NCBI GenBank assembly: GCA_041082245.1
Contig: JBDOIE010000006.1
Location: 4,950 to 68,949 of the forward strand
Length of the DNA: 64,000 bases
Source: Chloroflexia bacterium
GTDB lineage: Bacteria > Chloroflexota > Chloroflexia > DTKN01
Direction of reading: 5' to 3'
A model generated the notes under the pieces. The model saw only the letters and a program-made list of their open reading frames with translations, searched no databases and had not been told where the DNA came from. A program made the position numbers and the translations under genes. This document shows, in pieces, positions 37,754-47,884 of this stretch (the first letter of the stretch is position 1; each line of letters begins with the position of its first letter).

Positions 37754-38644
37754 ATGGAGGGCTTTCTCAACCTATATAAGCCTTCCGGTCCGACTTCCCA
37801 TGACCTGGTGATGCGCATCCGACGAGCCCTTCGCGGCCCGCGCGTGGGCCACGGTGGCACCCTCGATCCGCTCGCCGAAGGGGTGCTCCCGATCGGTATC
37901 GGCCGTGCCACCCGGCTGCTCCCGTTCTTCCAGGAAGCCGACAAGGCCTACCGGGCCGAAATCGTCCTCGGTACCAGCACCACAACCTACGACGCGGAAG
38001 GGGAAATCACCGCGCAGCATCCCGTCCCACCGCTCGAGCGGCACACCCTGGAGCAGGTTCTGGCAACCTTTGAAGGGACGATCGAGCAGGTTCCTCCCCC
38101 CTTCTCCGCGGTCCGTCAGGGCGGACGTCGGCTCTACGAACGGGCACGCCGGGGCGAAGTGGTAACGCTGCAGCCTCGCCGTGTGCAGATCTACCGACTG
38201 CGGCTGCTTGCCTGGGAGCCGCCACGCCTGACGGTGGAGATTCAGTGCGGCAGCGGCACGTACGTCCGCTCCCTCGCGCACGACCTGGGCGAACGGTTGG
38301 GGTGCGGCGCCTATCTGGCCGCATTGATCCGGCTCCGCGTGGGGCCGATGACAGTGGATGAGGCAGTCTCGGCTGAGCAGCTTGAGGCACTTATCGCACG
38401 GGGAGCCCTTGTGGAAGTCCTCCTGCCGATCGACCTGCCTGTGCGCCACTGGCCGGCGGTGGTGCTCCACGAAAGCGCGGTGCGCGCGCTGCTCGACGGC
38501 CGTGCGCTCGAATTGCCCGCGGATGCGGTACCTTCTCATGCACAGCACGCGCGGGCCTGCCAGAGCAATGGGACGCTCGTTGCCCTCCTGCGGCGCGACA
38601 CCGGGGGGCGCCGATGGCATCCGTTCCTTGTCCTTCGGCCCTGA
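37754..38644 (+). CDS. truB: tRNA pseudouridine(55) synthase TruB
   Basis: MEGFLNLYKPSGPTSHDLVMRIRRAL...GHGGTLDPLAEGVLPIGIG. Confidence 0.9.
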   Translation: MEGFLNLYKPSGPTSHDLVMRIRRALRGPRVGHGGTLDPLAEGVLPIGIGRATRLLPFFQEADKAYRAEIVLGTSTTTYDAEGEITAQHPVPPLERHTLEQVLATFEGTIEQVPPPFSAVRQGGRRLYERARRGEVVTLQPRRVQIYRLRLLAWEPPRLTVEIQCGSGTYVRSLAHDLGERLGCGAYLAALIRLRVGPMTVDEAVSAEQLEALIARGALVEVLLPIDLPVRHWPAVVLHESAVRALLDGRALELPADAVPSHAQHARACQSNGTLVALLRRDTGGRRWHPFLVLRP

Positions 38645-38662
38645 GGAAGTGGGGTTGCAGCG

Positions 38663-39613
38663 ATGGAGGTCATCCAGGGGTGGACACGGATCGAGATACC
38701 CGGTGCCGTAGGCACCATCGGAGTGTTTGACGGCGTGCATCTGGGGCACCAGGTGCTCATGCGGGGGGTTGTGGAAAGGGCCCAGGCACTGGGGTTGCGT
38801 GCCGTCGCCATTACCTTCCATCCCCACCCGCGCTCCATCGTGGCGCCCGATCTCCCCTGGGAGTACATCTGCTCCCTGGAAGAACGCATCGCGCGCATCT
38901 CCGAGCTGGGCGTGGACCTCCTGATCATCCTGCGGTTCACCCCGGAGCTGGCGGCAACGCCCGCCGAAGCATTCGTTGCCCAGCTCGTGGCCTGCGTTCC
39001 CATCCGCGAACTGCACGTCGGATCGGGCTTCGTGTTGGGAAGGGGGCGAGAGGGTGACCTGGCGCGCTTGCAGGCACTCGGACAACGGTGGGGGTTCTCG
39101 GTCTATGCTGTGCCGCCGGTATGCGTGGACGGCCGGCCGGTCAGCAGTACGCGCATCCGGGAGCTCGTTCAGGCCGGTCGCGTGGAAGAGGTCAGCCGGT
39201 GGCTCGGCCGGCCCTTTTCCTTGCGCGGAGAAGTTGTCGCGGGGGCAGGCCGCGGGCGTCTTCTGGGCTTCCCCACCGCCAACCTCCACCTCCACCCTCG
39301 CCAGCTCCTGCCTGGGGATGGAGTTTATGCGGTGCGGGTGCGTCTTCCCGCTGTCGCCTCCCATCCCGAGCTGCACGCGGGCCTTGCCTACGTCGGGCGC
39401 CGGCCGACCTTCGGCGCTGGCGAGCGCGTGGTGGAAGTGCACCTGCTCGATTTCGACGGCGACCTGCTGGGGTACGAACTGCGCGCCGACTTTGTCCGGC
39501 GGATACGCCCAGACCGGACCTTCCCCAGCTCGGAAGCCCTGACGGAACAGATGATGCGCGACCTGGCTGCAGCACGCGCGATTTTCCAGGTCGCTCCCTC
39601 GGAATACCCCTAG
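38663..39613 (+). CDS. ribF: Bifunctional riboflavin kinase / FMN adenylyltransferase
   Basis: ...IGVFDGVHLGHQVLM... (FAD-synthetase nucleotidyltransferase motif) plus a C-terminal riboflavin-kinase domain. Confidence 0.85.
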   Translation: MEVIQGWTRIEIPGAVGTIGVFDGVHLGHQVLMRGVVERAQALGLRAVAITFHPHPRSIVAPDLPWEYICSLEERIARISELGVDLLIILRFTPELAATPAEAFVAQLVACVPIRELHVGSGFVLGRGREGDLARLQALGQRWGFSVYAVPPVCVDGRPVSSTRIRELVQAGRVEEVSRWLGRPFSLRGEVVAGAGRGRLLGFPTANLHLHPRQLLPGDGVYAVRVRLPAVASHPELHAGLAYVGRRPTFGAGERVVEVHLLDFDGDLLGYELRADFVRRIRPDRTFPSSEALTEQMMRDLAAARAIFQVAPSEYP

Positions 39614-40719
39614 GATCGGCCTCCGTTCGTACCGTCTGCGCCGGACGGCAGACGCGCTTTGGCTCCGGAAGGGACCGTACGCTCGAGCCACAGCTCCGTC
39701 CACCGCCGCGGCCGGGGCCGGAAACCGGCCCGCAGGTAGAGCGCGAAGGCGGCGAGGTTCCCGCTCGAAACCTGGAGTTCCAGGCGCGCCACGCCGCGCC
39801 GGCGCGCCTCTTCCTCGGCCTGCTCCAGCAGCCACAGGCCCCAACCCTGGCGGCGTGCCTCGGGGAAAACCCCGAGCGCCTCAATGCGCAGCGCATCCCG
39901 AACCCGGCGGTACACGAGCACCCCGGCCGGGCGGCCGTCCAGCTCGAACCAGAACGGTTCTGCGCGGCGGTGGAAGAGGTCATGCAGGATGCGTCGCGCC
40001 CACCAGGAGACGACCGGCAACTGCAACGCCCCCTCTAACCTCAAGTCTCCCTGTCGCACGGTATCCAGCACCGCGCGGGTGAACGCCTCGCGCTCCGGCT
40101 TCGCAGGTGCACGCAACGAAGGCTTCGGGGGCGACTGCACAGCGTCAGCTTGCAGCCTGCTTGCGACCGAAGCACAGTCCGCCATCTCTATCCCCAATTC
40201 GGCCAGATCCAGGAGGTTCGCCTGCTGGCGCTCCGGGGTGGGCGAAGAGGTCCCGTCTGCAAGAAGGATCACCCGGTAACCGTAGACGGTGGCATCGTAG
40301 ACGGTCGCACGGACGCAGTTGGGCGTCTGTGTCCCGCCGATCACGAGCGTGTCCACGCCGGCGCGGCGGAGCAACCGGTCGAGCTCCGTCCCGAAGAAGG
40401 CGCTCCACGCCCGCTTGCGCACGACCGGCTCTCCCGGGCGAGGTGCAAGCGCAGGCACGATTTGCGCGCCCCAGCTTCCCGGAAGGCAAAATCCCCCGAG
40501 CCTCGAGAACGCCTCTCTGCGCACCGATTCTACATCCGCCCCGTCGGGCTGGTGCTCCCGTACCACAAAAACCACCGGCCGGTTCGCGGCGCGGAACGCT
40601 TCCAGCACCTCGGCAAGCCGCGGGACCGTCTCCGGTGCCCCGGCGACGAACAGCTTCCCTCGTGGGTCGACGAAGTCGTTCTGCATGTCGATGATGAGCA
40701 GCGCCACTTGTGCCATCAT
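39610..40719 (-). CDS. Isochorismatase-family (cysteine hydrolase) domain fused to C-terminal GNAT acetyltransferase domain
   Basis: The N-terminus MMAQVALLIIDMQNDFVDPRGKLFVAG...VVFVVREH...DTLVIGGTQTPNCVRATVYDA has the isochorismatase D/K/C triad region. The C-terminus ...RRQGWGLWLLEQAEEEARRRGVARLELQV... has a GNAT motif A. Confidence 0.7.
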   Translation of the reverse strand: MMAQVALLIIDMQNDFVDPRGKLFVAGAPETVPRLAEVLEAFRAANRPVVFVVREHQPDGADVESVRREAFSRLGGFCLPGSWGAQIVPALAPRPGEPVVRKRAWSAFFGTELDRLLRRAGVDTLVIGGTQTPNCVRATVYDATVYGYRVILLADGTSSPTPERQQANLLDLAELGIEMADCASVASRLQADAVQSPPKPSLRAPAKPEREAFTRAVLDTVRQGDLRLEGALQLPVVSWWARRILHDLFHRRAEPFWFELDGRPAGVLVYRRVRDALRIEALGVFPEARRQGWGLWLLEQAEEEARRRGVARLELQVSSGNLAAFALYLRAGFRPRPRRWTELWLERTVPSGAKARLPSGADGTNGGRS

Positions 40720-41486
40720 CCGCTCCTGCCGGGCTTCCAGCCCAGAGCGTAGAAGGTCGGGACAAAGAGCACCCGCTGGCCCGATCGTATGGCCTCTGCA
40801 TCGATCCTTTCTAGCCGCTGGAGCTCGTCATGCGGGAGGTGGCCACGCAGGTCTTCCTGGCGGACGCGCCATTCTGCGGCAAACGCTGCATCCGGCTCTG
40901 CCGGGACCGTCCAGTTCCCGCCCATGATGCCTACCGTCGCTCGCAGGCCTGCGGCCGCGAAATATGCCCCGAGCCGGCGGCCGACCTCGGGGTCGGCTCC
41001 CTGCTCCCGCAGCGCCTGTGCCTGAAGTCGACCGAGGCGTGCCAGTTCGGGCGGATAATCGATCCGTCCGCCATAGTCCGGCTCGGCGCACGCGAGCACG
41101 CATCCTCCAGGCCGCACGACGCGGGCCATTTCGGCAACCACCTGTGCCGGCACGCGCACCCACAACAGGAGGAAATGGCAGAAGACCACGTCGAACGACG
41201 CATCGCGGAACGGAAGCGCATGCGCGTCTCCCTGCACCCACAGGACGTCCGGATTTCGCCGGCGCGCGAAGGCAAGCATATCCGCATCGATGTCCAGCCC
41301 GACGAGGGAAGCGCGCATCATACCTGCTACCTCGGCGGTCACCGCCCCCGTGCCGCAGCCCACCTCGAGCACCGCGGACGCCCCGGCCAGACGGGCCTGC
41401 CGGAAGAGCCAGAGGCGCGTGGGGCGTGTCCACGAGGCCTGCGTCAAGAACCATTCGTGCCACTCGCCCGTGCTCCGGAACTTCAT
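40716..41486 (-). CDS. Class I SAM-dependent methyltransferase
   Basis: VLEVGCGTGAVT (motif I) ...FDVVFCHFLLLWV. Confidence 0.75.
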   Translation of the reverse strand: MKFRSTGEWHEWFLTQASWTRPTRLWLFRQARLAGASAVLEVGCGTGAVTAEVAGMMRASLVGLDIDADMLAFARRRNPDVLWVQGDAHALPFRDASFDVVFCHFLLLWVRVPAQVVAEMARVVRPGGCVLACAEPDYGGRIDYPPELARLGRLQAQALREQGADPEVGRRLGAYFAAAGLRATVGIMGGNWTVPAEPDAAFAAEWRVRQEDLRGHLPHDELQRLERIDAEAIRSGQRVLFVPTFYALGWKPGRSG

Positions 41487-41507
41487 CCGGGCCTCCTGCG
41501 CGACGCT

Positions 41508-43571
41508 TCAGCGGGACGACACGAGATGGATCCAGTCGACCATTACCCCTACCGCCCGGTTGTCGGGCAGGTGACGGTCGAAGCGGTGCGGGCGATAGGT
41601 TTGGCTGTGCATCTCGAGCACTACGATCGTGCCCTCCTGCAGCTCTCCCAGGGGCAACGTGTAGGTGTGCCACCCGTTTGCCACGACGAACGTACCCAGG
41701 CAGATGCTCCCCTGCCACAGCCTCACCCGGGGCAGAGGCACGCCCTCGGGCCGGCCGGCGGACATCCGTATTTCGAGCTGCGCCGGGCCGGTTCTGGGCA
41801 CCCGTAGCCGGAAGTACACACGCCAGGCGCTCCAGCGGAAGGTCGTGCCGTCGCTTGTGCGCTCCGGCAGATACCATCCGCGCACGTTTCCTAACTCCAG
41901 AGAGCTTCCCAGGTCGAGCGCTGACGGCGCCTGAGAGGCGAAATGGTACCATGCCCAGCGCTGCAGGTCCTCGAGCGAATCCGCTTCGTAGGCCAATTCC
42001 CGGGCCGCCTGCACGGGGTCCGTCTCCCGGAGGATGTCCCCGAGCAAGAGGTGAGGGCGGGGATGGCCCGACCGGTAGCGGATCGCTTCGCGGAGTACCT
42101 CCAGAGCGGCGTCAGTGTCCCCCTGGGCACGGAACACTTCCCCAAGAAGTACCCGGGCTTCGGCCGATTCGGGGTAGACCCGCAGTGCCGCGCGTGCCCG
42201 TTCAGCAGCCCGCGCAAGATCTCCTCTTTGCAGGGCCTGCTGGCCAAGCGCCACCTGCAGCCGCTTGGCGGCGACCTGGTAGCTCAGCCGTGGATAGTTG
42301 GCGTGCGCAAGAAGCAGAGCCATAAAGCCCGCCAGCAGGAAGAACGCCGCAACCGCCCGCGTGGACAACCGGCCAAGTCCGCGAGGGTCGGCGAGCACAC
42401 CTGCCGCGTACGGCAGAAGCAGCAGAAGAAAGGGCAGGCGGTAGCGAAGCTCGACGTGGAAAAGGGTGGTGGTTGCCGGCACATACAGCAGCCAGGCGAT
42501 GTCGAGCAAGTAGGTCCGGGGCCGCTGCCACACCGTCCCTACGAGCCCGGCACCGACGAGGAGAAGGTATAGCCCGTCCCCGAGCAGCACCCGCGCCCAG
42601 ACCTCGCCCGGGGGATACCAGATGGCCGGCCGCCGCAAGAAATCGTCGAAATACTCCAGGGCGAAAAAGGCGCGGAGCTCGCGCCAGCATTTGGCCGCAA
42701 ACCACTCCGGGTGCCTTCGGATCGCCTCCAGACCACGGCGCAGCGAGAGCCCCTGCCGCTCGCCTTCCGGGTAGCGCAGCAGTTCCGCCTTTACGCGATC
42801 GCGGCCCAGCTCCGGGTCGTTATCCAGCCACAGGTTCGTCGCGCCGGTGGTATCGATGAGGATGAAGGCGCGGTAGGTCAGGACGTTCCGCACCGTCCAG
42901 GGCAGGATGACAAGCCCCGCCCCGGCCAGCACAAGACCTGCCAGGAACCATCCTTTGGACCGTTTCCGATGATCGCCCCCTCGGCTACCGTACCAGCCCA
43001 GGCCTACCGCTGCGAGCACTACCCACGGGAGACCGGTAGAGCGCGTCAGCGCCACCAGGCCGAACAGCACGCCGCTCAGGAAAGCGAGCTTCCGGTCGGG
43101 CCGCAGGCATCCGTACTCGAGCGTGACCATCGCCAGGGCAAGCAAGAAGAGGAACAGCGTCTCGGTGAGGAGGAGGGTGGGCTGGAGCGCAAACGGGAAG
43201 AACAGGGCCCCGAGCAGAGCGGCGATCCTTCCCGCGCGCTCTCCGTGGCGGAGCCGCACCCAGAGATAAAGGAGAGGAACCGTACCCACGCTGAGGAGGA
43301 GTTGCGCGATGCGTGCAGCGGTCACCTCGGCCCCGAAGATGCGGAAGACGACCGCAAGAAAGAGCGGATAGAGGGGACCGCGCATCAGTTCGAGATCGTG
43401 ATACCCTTTGCCCTGGACAAAAGTGCGCGCCTGTTCGAAAAAGGCGGCTTCGTCCCCGCTGAGCGGATAGAGCCAGTGCCACGAAAGCGCAAGCAGGCGC
43501 AGCAGGAGCGCCAGCAGGACGGCTCCCGCAATCCAGGCGACGGACCACCGACTCCAACGTGCCCGTTCCAT
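41508..43571 (-). CDS. GT39/PMT-ArnT-like GT-C membrane glycosyltransferase with C-terminal TPR repeats and a conserved C-terminal beta-rich domain
   Basis: First-loop SGDEAAFFEQA (the GT-C DE motif), multiple TMs, TPR-like LGQQALQRGDLARAAERARAAL..., C-terminal domain ...TFRWSAWRVYFRL.... Confidence 0.7.
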   Translation of the reverse strand: MERARWSRWSVAWIAGAVLLALLLRLLALSWHWLYPLSGDEAAFFEQARTFVQGKGYHDLELMRGPLYPLFLAVVFRIFGAEVTAARIAQLLLSVGTVPLLYLWVRLRHGERAGRIAALLGALFFPFALQPTLLLTETLFLFLLALAMVTLEYGCLRPDRKLAFLSGVLFGLVALTRSTGLPWVVLAAVGLGWYGSRGGDHRKRSKGWFLAGLVLAGAGLVILPWTVRNVLTYRAFILIDTTGATNLWLDNDPELGRDRVKAELLRYPEGERQGLSLRRGLEAIRRHPEWFAAKCWRELRAFFALEYFDDFLRRPAIWYPPGEVWARVLLGDGLYLLLVGAGLVGTVWQRPRTYLLDIAWLLYVPATTTLFHVELRYRLPFLLLLLPYAAGVLADPRGLGRLSTRAVAAFFLLAGFMALLLAHANYPRLSYQVAAKRLQVALGQQALQRGDLARAAERARAALRVYPESAEARVLLGEVFRAQGDTDAALEVLREAIRYRSGHPRPHLLLGDILRETDPVQAARELAYEADSLEDLQRWAWYHFASQAPSALDLGSSLELGNVRGWYLPERTSDGTTFRWSAWRVYFRLRVPRTGPAQLEIRMSAGRPEGVPLPRVRLWQGSICLGTFVVANGWHTYTLPLGELQEGTIVVLEMHSQTYRPHRFDRHLPDNRAVGVMVDWIHLVSSR

Positions 43572-43577
43572 GGCACC

Positions 43578-45713
43578 CTATTCCCCGCGCACTTCCGCGG
43601 AATCCAGCATCAACCCCAGGACCCGCAGTTCCCCCGTGTTCAGGAGGTCCTGCGGGCCGGGGAGAAAAAGCGTGCACCGCAGCTGGACGACAGCATCGCT
43701 ACCGGGCGGAAACGGCGGCAGAGGAAGGGTGACTTCCGACCAGCCGTCGGTACGCGCTACGAAGCGGGCGATCTCTTTCCCACCTACCAGCACTGCCACC
43801 TCGGGCGCTGCCTCGCCGGCCGGCCGCCACGCCCAGTAGCGCAGGTGCAACTCGAGGGGCCTCCCGCTTCCTACGCCCGGAAAACGCAGCGCGGCTTCCC
43901 CTTTGCTCCAGCGGAAGGTCCGTTCGCCGTCCCGCTCCGCACGGTAGAAGCCCTGGATCAGTCCCCAGTCGAGCCCGCCGCCAAGGTCGATTGTGGCTGT
44001 GGGCGGAGGCTCGAGGTGTGTGTAGGCCCAGTCGACCGGGTTACGCTCGACGACCCGCCGGTGGGAAAATTCCGCCCGCGCTCCCGCAAGGTCACCCTGG
44101 GCGCGGAGCAGATCCCCGCGGAGCAACGCTGCCTGAGGCCAATCGCTCCCCTCGAGCACAGCGAGCGCGGCGTCGAGCTCTCCCGAGGCCCGCAGCCATT
44201 GGGCCTCCACGACCCGCGCCGCAGCGAGAGGTTGCACGCCGTCCGGTCGATACTCCAGGGCAGGGGCCAGGGCTTCCCGGGCAGCCTGTAGATCGCCGCG
44301 GGTGAGCGCGTGCTCGGCGCGGGCCAGGTAGCGTGCTACGGCGCGGCTCCGGAGCGCGAGGCGTGTCGCGCCAAGGGAAGCCGGGTAAGGGCCGAGGCAC
44401 GAGGGGATCGCGACCTTCCAGAAGGCCACGGTCAGCAGGAGAGCGATGCCCAGGCGTGCAAAGAGCGCAGGCCGGCGCAGAGCGCTCCAGGGCCGTGCTG
44501 TGATCCCCCCGGCGTACAGCGCAAGAAACGGCCAGAGCGAAAGGCGGAAGCGGCCGATGGCGAAAAAGAGCACACCGGTGCACAGGGAGAAGCCAAGCCA
44601 TAGCAGGATGAGCCCGCGCCCCGGTTCACGACGCGAAAGGCAAAGCCCCACGAGAGCAACGGGAACGAGGAGGAGATAGAGCAGGTCCTCCAGAGCAAAG
44701 AGCGCGATCAAGTGGGCCACCGATACCGCGCCCAGAGAGAAGCCATCGACGAGCCGCTCGTCGGCGCCGTAGTTGATGCGCAGGAGCTGCCTCAGTTCGA
44801 CTGCCCGGCTCCGAAGGTATGCTGCCGGATCGGCGCTGATCGCTTCCCACCCCTGCCGATAGGCATAGGCTTGCCGGCTGAGAGGATCGGGAAACCCGAG
44901 CAGAGTCTGGTGCACCTTGTAGGCGTTACGGAACTGGCCTCCCTGGGTGCCCAGCCAGAAGTTGTAGCCGCCGGTGGTGTCGACCAGGACCGGCCGGCCG
45001 AAGGCCTTCCAGGTGTAGATGCTCCAGGGGAGCAGCACCAGGAGCACCGTGCCTGCGAACAGCGCGGTGTACAACAGTCGCTTCGCGAGGTCGCCGCGGG
45101 ACTGCAGGAGCATCCAGGCACAAACCAGCGGCAAGAAGGCAAGCGCGACGCCGCGGGTGAGGACGGCCAGGCCAGAAAACAGTCCCGCAACGAGCAGGAA
45201 GCGAAGGCTTGTGCGAGGAGTCCCCGCCCTCACATAGCCGACCAGAGCCGCGACAACCCCCAGGAACAGAGGCAGGAACAGGTTCTCCGCGAGCACGAGG
45301 TGCGGCAACGAAGCGAGCGGAAATGCGAGCGCGGCCAGGGAAGCGGCGAGCCTTCCTGCACGGTTGCTCCACATGGTGCACCCGAGAGCGTAGAGCAGAG
45401 CAGGAATTGCCAGGCTGAGCGCGATCTGGGCGAAGCGGATCGCGAGCAACGCCTGTGGGGAAAGCGGCCCCTCTGTGCCTCCGAACAGGCGCAAGAAAGG
45501 CGAAAGGAACAGCAGGTACAGAGGAGGACGCAACCAGGGCCACTCGGCGTAAAAGGAGAAACCGCGGCCGTGGGCAAGGCCCCAGGCTGCGGCCAGGTAC
45601 TCCGGCTCATCGCTCACGAGGTGTTCACGAGGCAGGACGGCGAGGAGTCCTAGACGCACCGCAAGCGAGAGCGCGAGCAGGATCCCCAGGTCGCGCCGCG
45701 CTTCTCGGGTCAC
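43578..45713 (-). CDS. GT39/PMT-ArnT-like GT-C membrane glycosyltransferase with C-terminal TPR repeats (paralog)
   Basis: VSDEPEYLAAA (DE motif), many TMs, TPR region, C-terminal ...RTFRWSKGEAALRF... paralogous to the previous gene. GTG start overlaps the upstream stop (GTGA). Confidence 0.7.
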   Translation of the reverse strand: MTREARRDLGILLALSLAVRLGLLAVLPREHLVSDEPEYLAAAWGLAHGRGFSFYAEWPWLRPPLYLLFLSPFLRLFGGTEGPLSPQALLAIRFAQIALSLAIPALLYALGCTMWSNRAGRLAASLAALAFPLASLPHLVLAENLFLPLFLGVVAALVGYVRAGTPRTSLRFLLVAGLFSGLAVLTRGVALAFLPLVCAWMLLQSRGDLAKRLLYTALFAGTVLLVLLPWSIYTWKAFGRPVLVDTTGGYNFWLGTQGGQFRNAYKVHQTLLGFPDPLSRQAYAYRQGWEAISADPAAYLRSRAVELRQLLRINYGADERLVDGFSLGAVSVAHLIALFALEDLLYLLLVPVALVGLCLSRREPGRGLILLWLGFSLCTGVLFFAIGRFRLSLWPFLALYAGGITARPWSALRRPALFARLGIALLLTVAFWKVAIPSCLGPYPASLGATRLALRSRAVARYLARAEHALTRGDLQAAREALAPALEYRPDGVQPLAAARVVEAQWLRASGELDAALAVLEGSDWPQAALLRGDLLRAQGDLAGARAEFSHRRVVERNPVDWAYTHLEPPPTATIDLGGGLDWGLIQGFYRAERDGERTFRWSKGEAALRFPGVGSGRPLELHLRYWAWRPAGEAAPEVAVLVGGKEIARFVARTDGWSEVTLPLPPFPPGSDAVVQLRCTLFLPGPQDLLNTGELRVLGLMLDSAEVRGE

Positions 45714-47713
45714 GGCTTCCCCTCCCCTGCGGCGAGTTCTACATCGCCCACCGTGCACCAGGGACTACCGTCCGGAAGGAGAAGGGGCGTTTCCGCCGCG
45801 TCTACCTGCCGGTAGCCGACCTGGATGCGATAGCGGCCCGGCGGAAGGTCCCCGGGCAGCGTGAGCTCGTAAAAGTCCAGGAATTCGTCCCCGGGCAACC
45901 AGACCGACGTCGGCAGAAACCCACCCAGCGGTTCGCCTGCGACGTGCGCGCGGACATTGTTGCCTTCGTCCACGAGCCGGACGACCGTTTCCAGCCGCGG
46001 CAAGTCCGGCTGCAGGCCTTCGACGTAGAGGGTAAGCGGTATCGTGGCCCCCGGTCGGACAGGGGTGCGCCATGGCTGGAGGTCGACCCCGAACAGGTAG
46101 ACCATCCCGCCGAACCTGGCCTGCAAGGGGACTTGAGGATCGGGGAAACCCACGCGGCGTTCCGCGTTAAAGGAAATCGCGTAGAGGTCGAGTCCAACCC
46201 AGTGCTGTTCGTCGCAGCGGAGGAAGGGGTTCAGCGTGAACCACTCGTAGACCCAGCGGCGGGGATCGACGGTTTGTTCGTGGAACGGGGCGAGAAGCAG
46301 CCAGGCCCGGCGGCGTCCCGTGGTCAGCCGATCCATATCCGCTTCAAAGTCGCGGAAGGAGTAGCCTTCGGTGAGCAGATCCCGTATCGTACGGAGGTCC
46401 AGCGGCACATCGGGGCGGCGCTGGGCGTAGTACGAGACGGCGGGAAGGATATAGTTCGGGTGCACGACGATCAGGTCGCCCGGGTGCGCGTGGTCCTGGA
46501 GGTAGGAGGTGGCCTCGCGGAACTGCTCCTTATGGGGCTGGCCGGAAAAATGGTGCACCCAGACTTCGCGCAGGGAGATTGCCGGGAGCAGGAGGCCTGA
46601 AGCGAGGCCCAACGCGGCCGCAAGGAGGCCGAGGGCCCGGTCGCCGGTACGCCTGAGCCGGGCACCCCACAGCCACAGGGTTTCGAGCCCAACCGCCAGA
46701 AGCAGGAGGTAGGACGGAAGCAAGCCGAGGAGGTAGCGGGCATAGTAGAGGGGACGGATCAGGTAAAAGGCGAAAAAGGCCGCGCCGGGGGCGACGAGCG
46801 CAGCGAGGAAGAAACGCCTCTGCTCCGTTTGCCCTTTCGAGCCAAGGGCAGCCACCCCGCAGACGACCAGGATGGCGAATGGAAGGAGAAAAGGCCGTCG
46901 GTCTGGCCCTTCCCCAGGAAGCGGCGCGTGGGCGCTGATGCGGAGGCTGAGCTGGCTGAAGGCGTCGAGGACCACCAATGGGTCGCGGGGAGCAGAAAAC
47001 TGCCGTGCGGCGCCGGCCTGCCCGAGCCCCAGCCAGAGCACGAGCAGGGTCAGGGCAAGGGCAGCCGCGAGGAGGATGCGACGCCGCGCCTGACGTGCGC
47101 TCAGGAGGAGGAAAGTCATTTGCCCCACCAGGGACAGGATCGCGATAAGACGATGGGTAAGAAGGGAAAGAAGGGTCAGGAGGACAAAGCCGGCCCAGAA
47201 CCAGACGTTTTGCCGCGCCAGGGCTTCCCGGATCGCGATCCAGGTCGCCAGGGAGAAAAGAAGTGCCACTGCGTACGCCTTGGCCTCCTGGGCGTACCAG
47301 ACCGCGATCGGAGAAAGGGACAGGAGGGCAGCGGCCAGCAAGCCGGCACGGCGGCCGATCAGGTCCCGGCCAAGCAGGTAGAGGAGGGGGATCGTCACGG
47401 TGCCTGCAAGTGCCGACGGCCAGCGCAGCGCGGCTTCTTGGGAACCAAAGAGGGCGGTCCACACGCGCATCGCAAGGATGTACAGAGGATAGCCCTGGTG
47501 GGGGTCGAAGAGGGCGCGGAAGAGATCCGAAAACGGCCGGCCGGCCTCGACCACGGTATAGACCTCGTCCAGCCAGAGGCTTTGCTGGGAAAGCGTCAGG
47601 CTGCGGAGCAAGAAGCCCAGAAGGACGATCCCACCCAGGAGGAACAGATGCCATGGTAGGCGATGCAGAAGACGACGCGCGGTTGAAGAGGGCTTTGTTT
47701 CGGTCAAACGCAT
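45710..47713 (-). CDS. GT39/PMT-ArnT-like GT-C membrane glycosyltransferase (paralog 3, different C-terminal domain)
   Basis: WLDEVYTVVEA (DE motif), ...LSPIAVWYAQEAKAYAV.... Start proposed at ATG 47713 (MRLTETKPSS). Confidence 0.65.
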   Translation of the reverse strand: MRLTETKPSSTARRLLHRLPWHLFLLGGIVLLGFLLRSLTLSQQSLWLDEVYTVVEAGRPFSDLFRALFDPHQGYPLYILAMRVWTALFGSQEAALRWPSALAGTVTIPLLYLLGRDLIGRRAGLLAAALLSLSPIAVWYAQEAKAYAVALLFSLATWIAIREALARQNVWFWAGFVLLTLLSLLTHRLIAILSLVGQMTFLLLSARQARRRILLAAALALTLLVLWLGLGQAGAARQFSAPRDPLVVLDAFSQLSLRISAHAPLPGEGPDRRPFLLPFAILVVCGVAALGSKGQTEQRRFFLAALVAPGAAFFAFYLIRPLYYARYLLGLLPSYLLLLAVGLETLWLWGARLRRTGDRALGLLAAALGLASGLLLPAISLREVWVHHFSGQPHKEQFREATSYLQDHAHPGDLIVVHPNYILPAVSYYAQRRPDVPLDLRTIRDLLTEGYSFRDFEADMDRLTTGRRRAWLLLAPFHEQTVDPRRWVYEWFTLNPFLRCDEQHWVGLDLYAISFNAERRVGFPDPQVPLQARFGGMVYLFGVDLQPWRTPVRPGATIPLTLYVEGLQPDLPRLETVVRLVDEGNNVRAHVAGEPLGGFLPTSVWLPGDEFLDFYELTLPGDLPPGRYRIQVGYRQVDAAETPLLLPDGSPWCTVGDVELAAGEGKP

Positions 47714-47884
47714 CCTCGCTTTCCTGTTCGGGCTGGTCAGGGTTATGATACCCCAGGCGGTAGGGGGTGTCAACTTGAGCGGACAAGGACTGCCAGATGG
47801 GACGTAGCGACCCCTGCGGCAAGCTGCAAAGTCGAAATGCCCGCTCGGCTAGCCGCGGGACGCATACGGATTGCAGTCGGTCGC

